Of a DNA stretch of 64,000 nucleotides, positions 62,824 through 64,000 are shown one piece after another. Source of the DNA: Vicugna vicugna (taxonomy: Eukaryota); contig MU063382.1 in assembly GCA_013265495.1 (NCBI GenBank), positions 434,001 through 498,000 on the forward strand, written 5' to 3'. A program made the translations under genes and the position numbers. The notes under the pieces were generated by a model. The model had not been told where the DNA came from. It saw only the letters and a program-made list of their open reading frames with translations, and did no database searches. Numbering within the stretch: position 1 is the stretch's first letter; each line of letters opens with the position of its first letter.

Positions 62824-63202
62824 CCAGCTCCTCCTTGAAGAGGCGATTCAAGCGGCGCGAGATCGAAGCCATCCAGTGCGAGGTGCGGAAGATGTGCAGC
62901 TACACCAAGATCCTGTCCACCAAGAAGAACCTGGACCACGTGAACAAGATCCTGAAGGCCAAGCGGCTGCAGAGACAATCCAAGACGGGCAACAACTTCG
63001 TCAAGAAGAGGCGGGGGCGCCCGCGGAAGCAGCCCACGCCGTTCGACGAGGACGCCCGGGACCAGATGCCGGTGCTGGAGAAGTGCGTCGACCTGCCCAG
63101 CAAGCGGGGCCAGAGGCCGAGCCTGAGCCCGCTGGGCCCGGAGCCGGCCGCCGGCCAGGACAGCATCATGGCCACCATCGAGGCGGTCATCCACATGGCC
63201 CG

Positions 63203-63238
<36 letters not shown>

Positions 63239-63353
63239 CCTCCCNNNNNNNNNNNNNNNNNNNNNNNNNNNNNNNNNNNNNNNNNNNNNNNNNNNNNNNN
63301 NNNNNNNNNNNNNNNNNNNNNNNNNNNNNNNNNNNNNNNNNNNNNNNNNNNNG
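62824..63353 (+). CDS. SETBP1: SETBP1 last exon, coding part; the 3' end lies in an N gap, so the stop position is inferred
   Basis: Acceptor cttcccttcccgcAG at 62822-62823. Reads (A)[69 protein letters not shown]...[26 protein letters not shown], the SETBP1 C-terminus. Sequence after the gap (gggcgggccgggcgtcc) resembles the human 3' UTR start as I recall it, so the stop is probably NNg at 63351-63353, which is in frame. Confidence 0.92.
63003..63032 (+). other. SETBP1: AT-hook motif [10 protein letters not shown] (third AT-hook of SETBP1)
   Basis: Canonical RGRP core with basic flanks, in the exon reading frame. Confidence 0.9.
63210..63236 (+). repeat. (CCG)9 coding repeat (poly-Pro)
   Basis: Nine consecutive CCG codons, then ccc ctc cc and the gap. 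Confidence 0.97.
63245..63352. other. N gap, 108 nt (inside the SETBP1 last coding exon)
   Basis: Run of n. Confidence 0.99.
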
Positions 63354-64000
63354 GGCGGGCCGGGCGTCCGCGCGGGGCCGGGGGGCGGGAAGTGCCGCGA
63401 GCCGGGGCCGGGGCGGGACCCCGCCGCAGGGACACCGAGCCCCCCCCCAGAAGCTGGGCAGGCGCGGTCGGGCCGGATGATGGGGCCGAGCCTGGCGGGG
63501 CTCCTGGGGAAGCGCAGCAGGGCGACGTCTTCCGAAGAAGGCTGGGCTTTCCAGCGGGCGCCCGCCGCGCGGCGCTGCGGCGGGGCCGGGCCCCGGCGGC
63601 GCGCGGGAGCCGTCACGGCGCCCCCGACGGCCACCAGGCCTCCCGCCGCCGGGGGGCGCCCTTGGTTCCGCCGCGTTTGCCGGCCAGGAAAGTCAAAGGG
63701 AACCGCCCTCGCTTAGGAAACATTCCAAGGGGAGCAAAGCTGCAGATTTCTCAACTGGCTTTGTTGTAATCCGCTTCCATTTCATGGGTTGTTATTTCTT
63801 TTGGTTTTTTCAAGCTCGGGGAGGCTTTGGGGCACCAACATCATCTTCAGGTGACTTGAATCTTTCCGTTAATAATACAGTTTCTCAGTTGGACTCATGT
63901 CATCAGAAGGTGGAATTCTAGTGATAGGCAACCGTAGGACATGCTTTCATATTCTTCTGTGTGTCTCCTCCATCCCACGTACACTGATTTTTAGCATCAT
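63354..64000 (+). other. SETBP1: Start of SETBP1 3' UTR (continues beyond the window)
   Basis: Follows the inferred stop. GC-rich to about 63710, then AT-richer. Similarity to the human UTR is recalled, not computed. Confidence 0.78.

Larger units (their letters stand above)
62790..63710. promoter_or_regulatory. CpG island over the last exon and proximal 3' UTR
   Basis: Very high GC and CpG density by eye (e.g. cgccgccgcc, gcgcgggagccg) against AT-richer flanks. Confidence 0.8.

Noticed and set aside
62835-63716. 293-aa ORF taken at face value
   Set aside because: It starts at an internal TTG of a spliced exon and reads through N. The post-gap part looks like 3' UTR, and the real stop is probably hidden in the gap.
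62769-63769. Long overlapping and antisense ORFs (62769-63194, 62876-63769, 62900-63634, 63187-63435)
   Set aside because: These are expected shadows of 97% GC3 and a CpG island, where stops are rare; some also span N.
63854-63860. miR-26 7mer-A1 seed match ACTTGAA in the 3' UTR
   Set aside because: A single 7-mer is not informative without conservation data.

Overview
This is mammalian genomic DNA, most likely camelid, judged from four tRNA-Ala-derived SINEs of the vic-1 type and their companion L1 3' ends. It covers the 3' part of SETBP1 on the + strand: about 40 kb of the intron before the penultimate exon, the 171-nt penultimate exon (40105-40275), a 22.5-kb last intron, and the start of the last exon (62824 onward: third AT-hook, poly-Pro tract, stop codon probably at the end of an N gap, start of the 3' UTR). 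The rest is intronic: old repeats (MIR, L2, CR1/L3, MER20, MLT1, a hAT-Charlie transposase relic, old L1), young SINE/L1 insertions with target-site duplications, microsatellites, six N gaps and several motif-dense unique segments that look like enhancers. I found no CRISPR array, operon-like system, true RNA gene or second protein-coding gene. The best leads are a candidate TDP-43-type poison exon beside (TG)15, a +4 tandem acceptor that would truncate SETBP1, and extreme GC3 with A/T-to-G/C amino-acid changes in the last exon. Human and mouse comparisons and repeat family names are recalled from memory, not looked up. Old-repeat boundaries are approximate.
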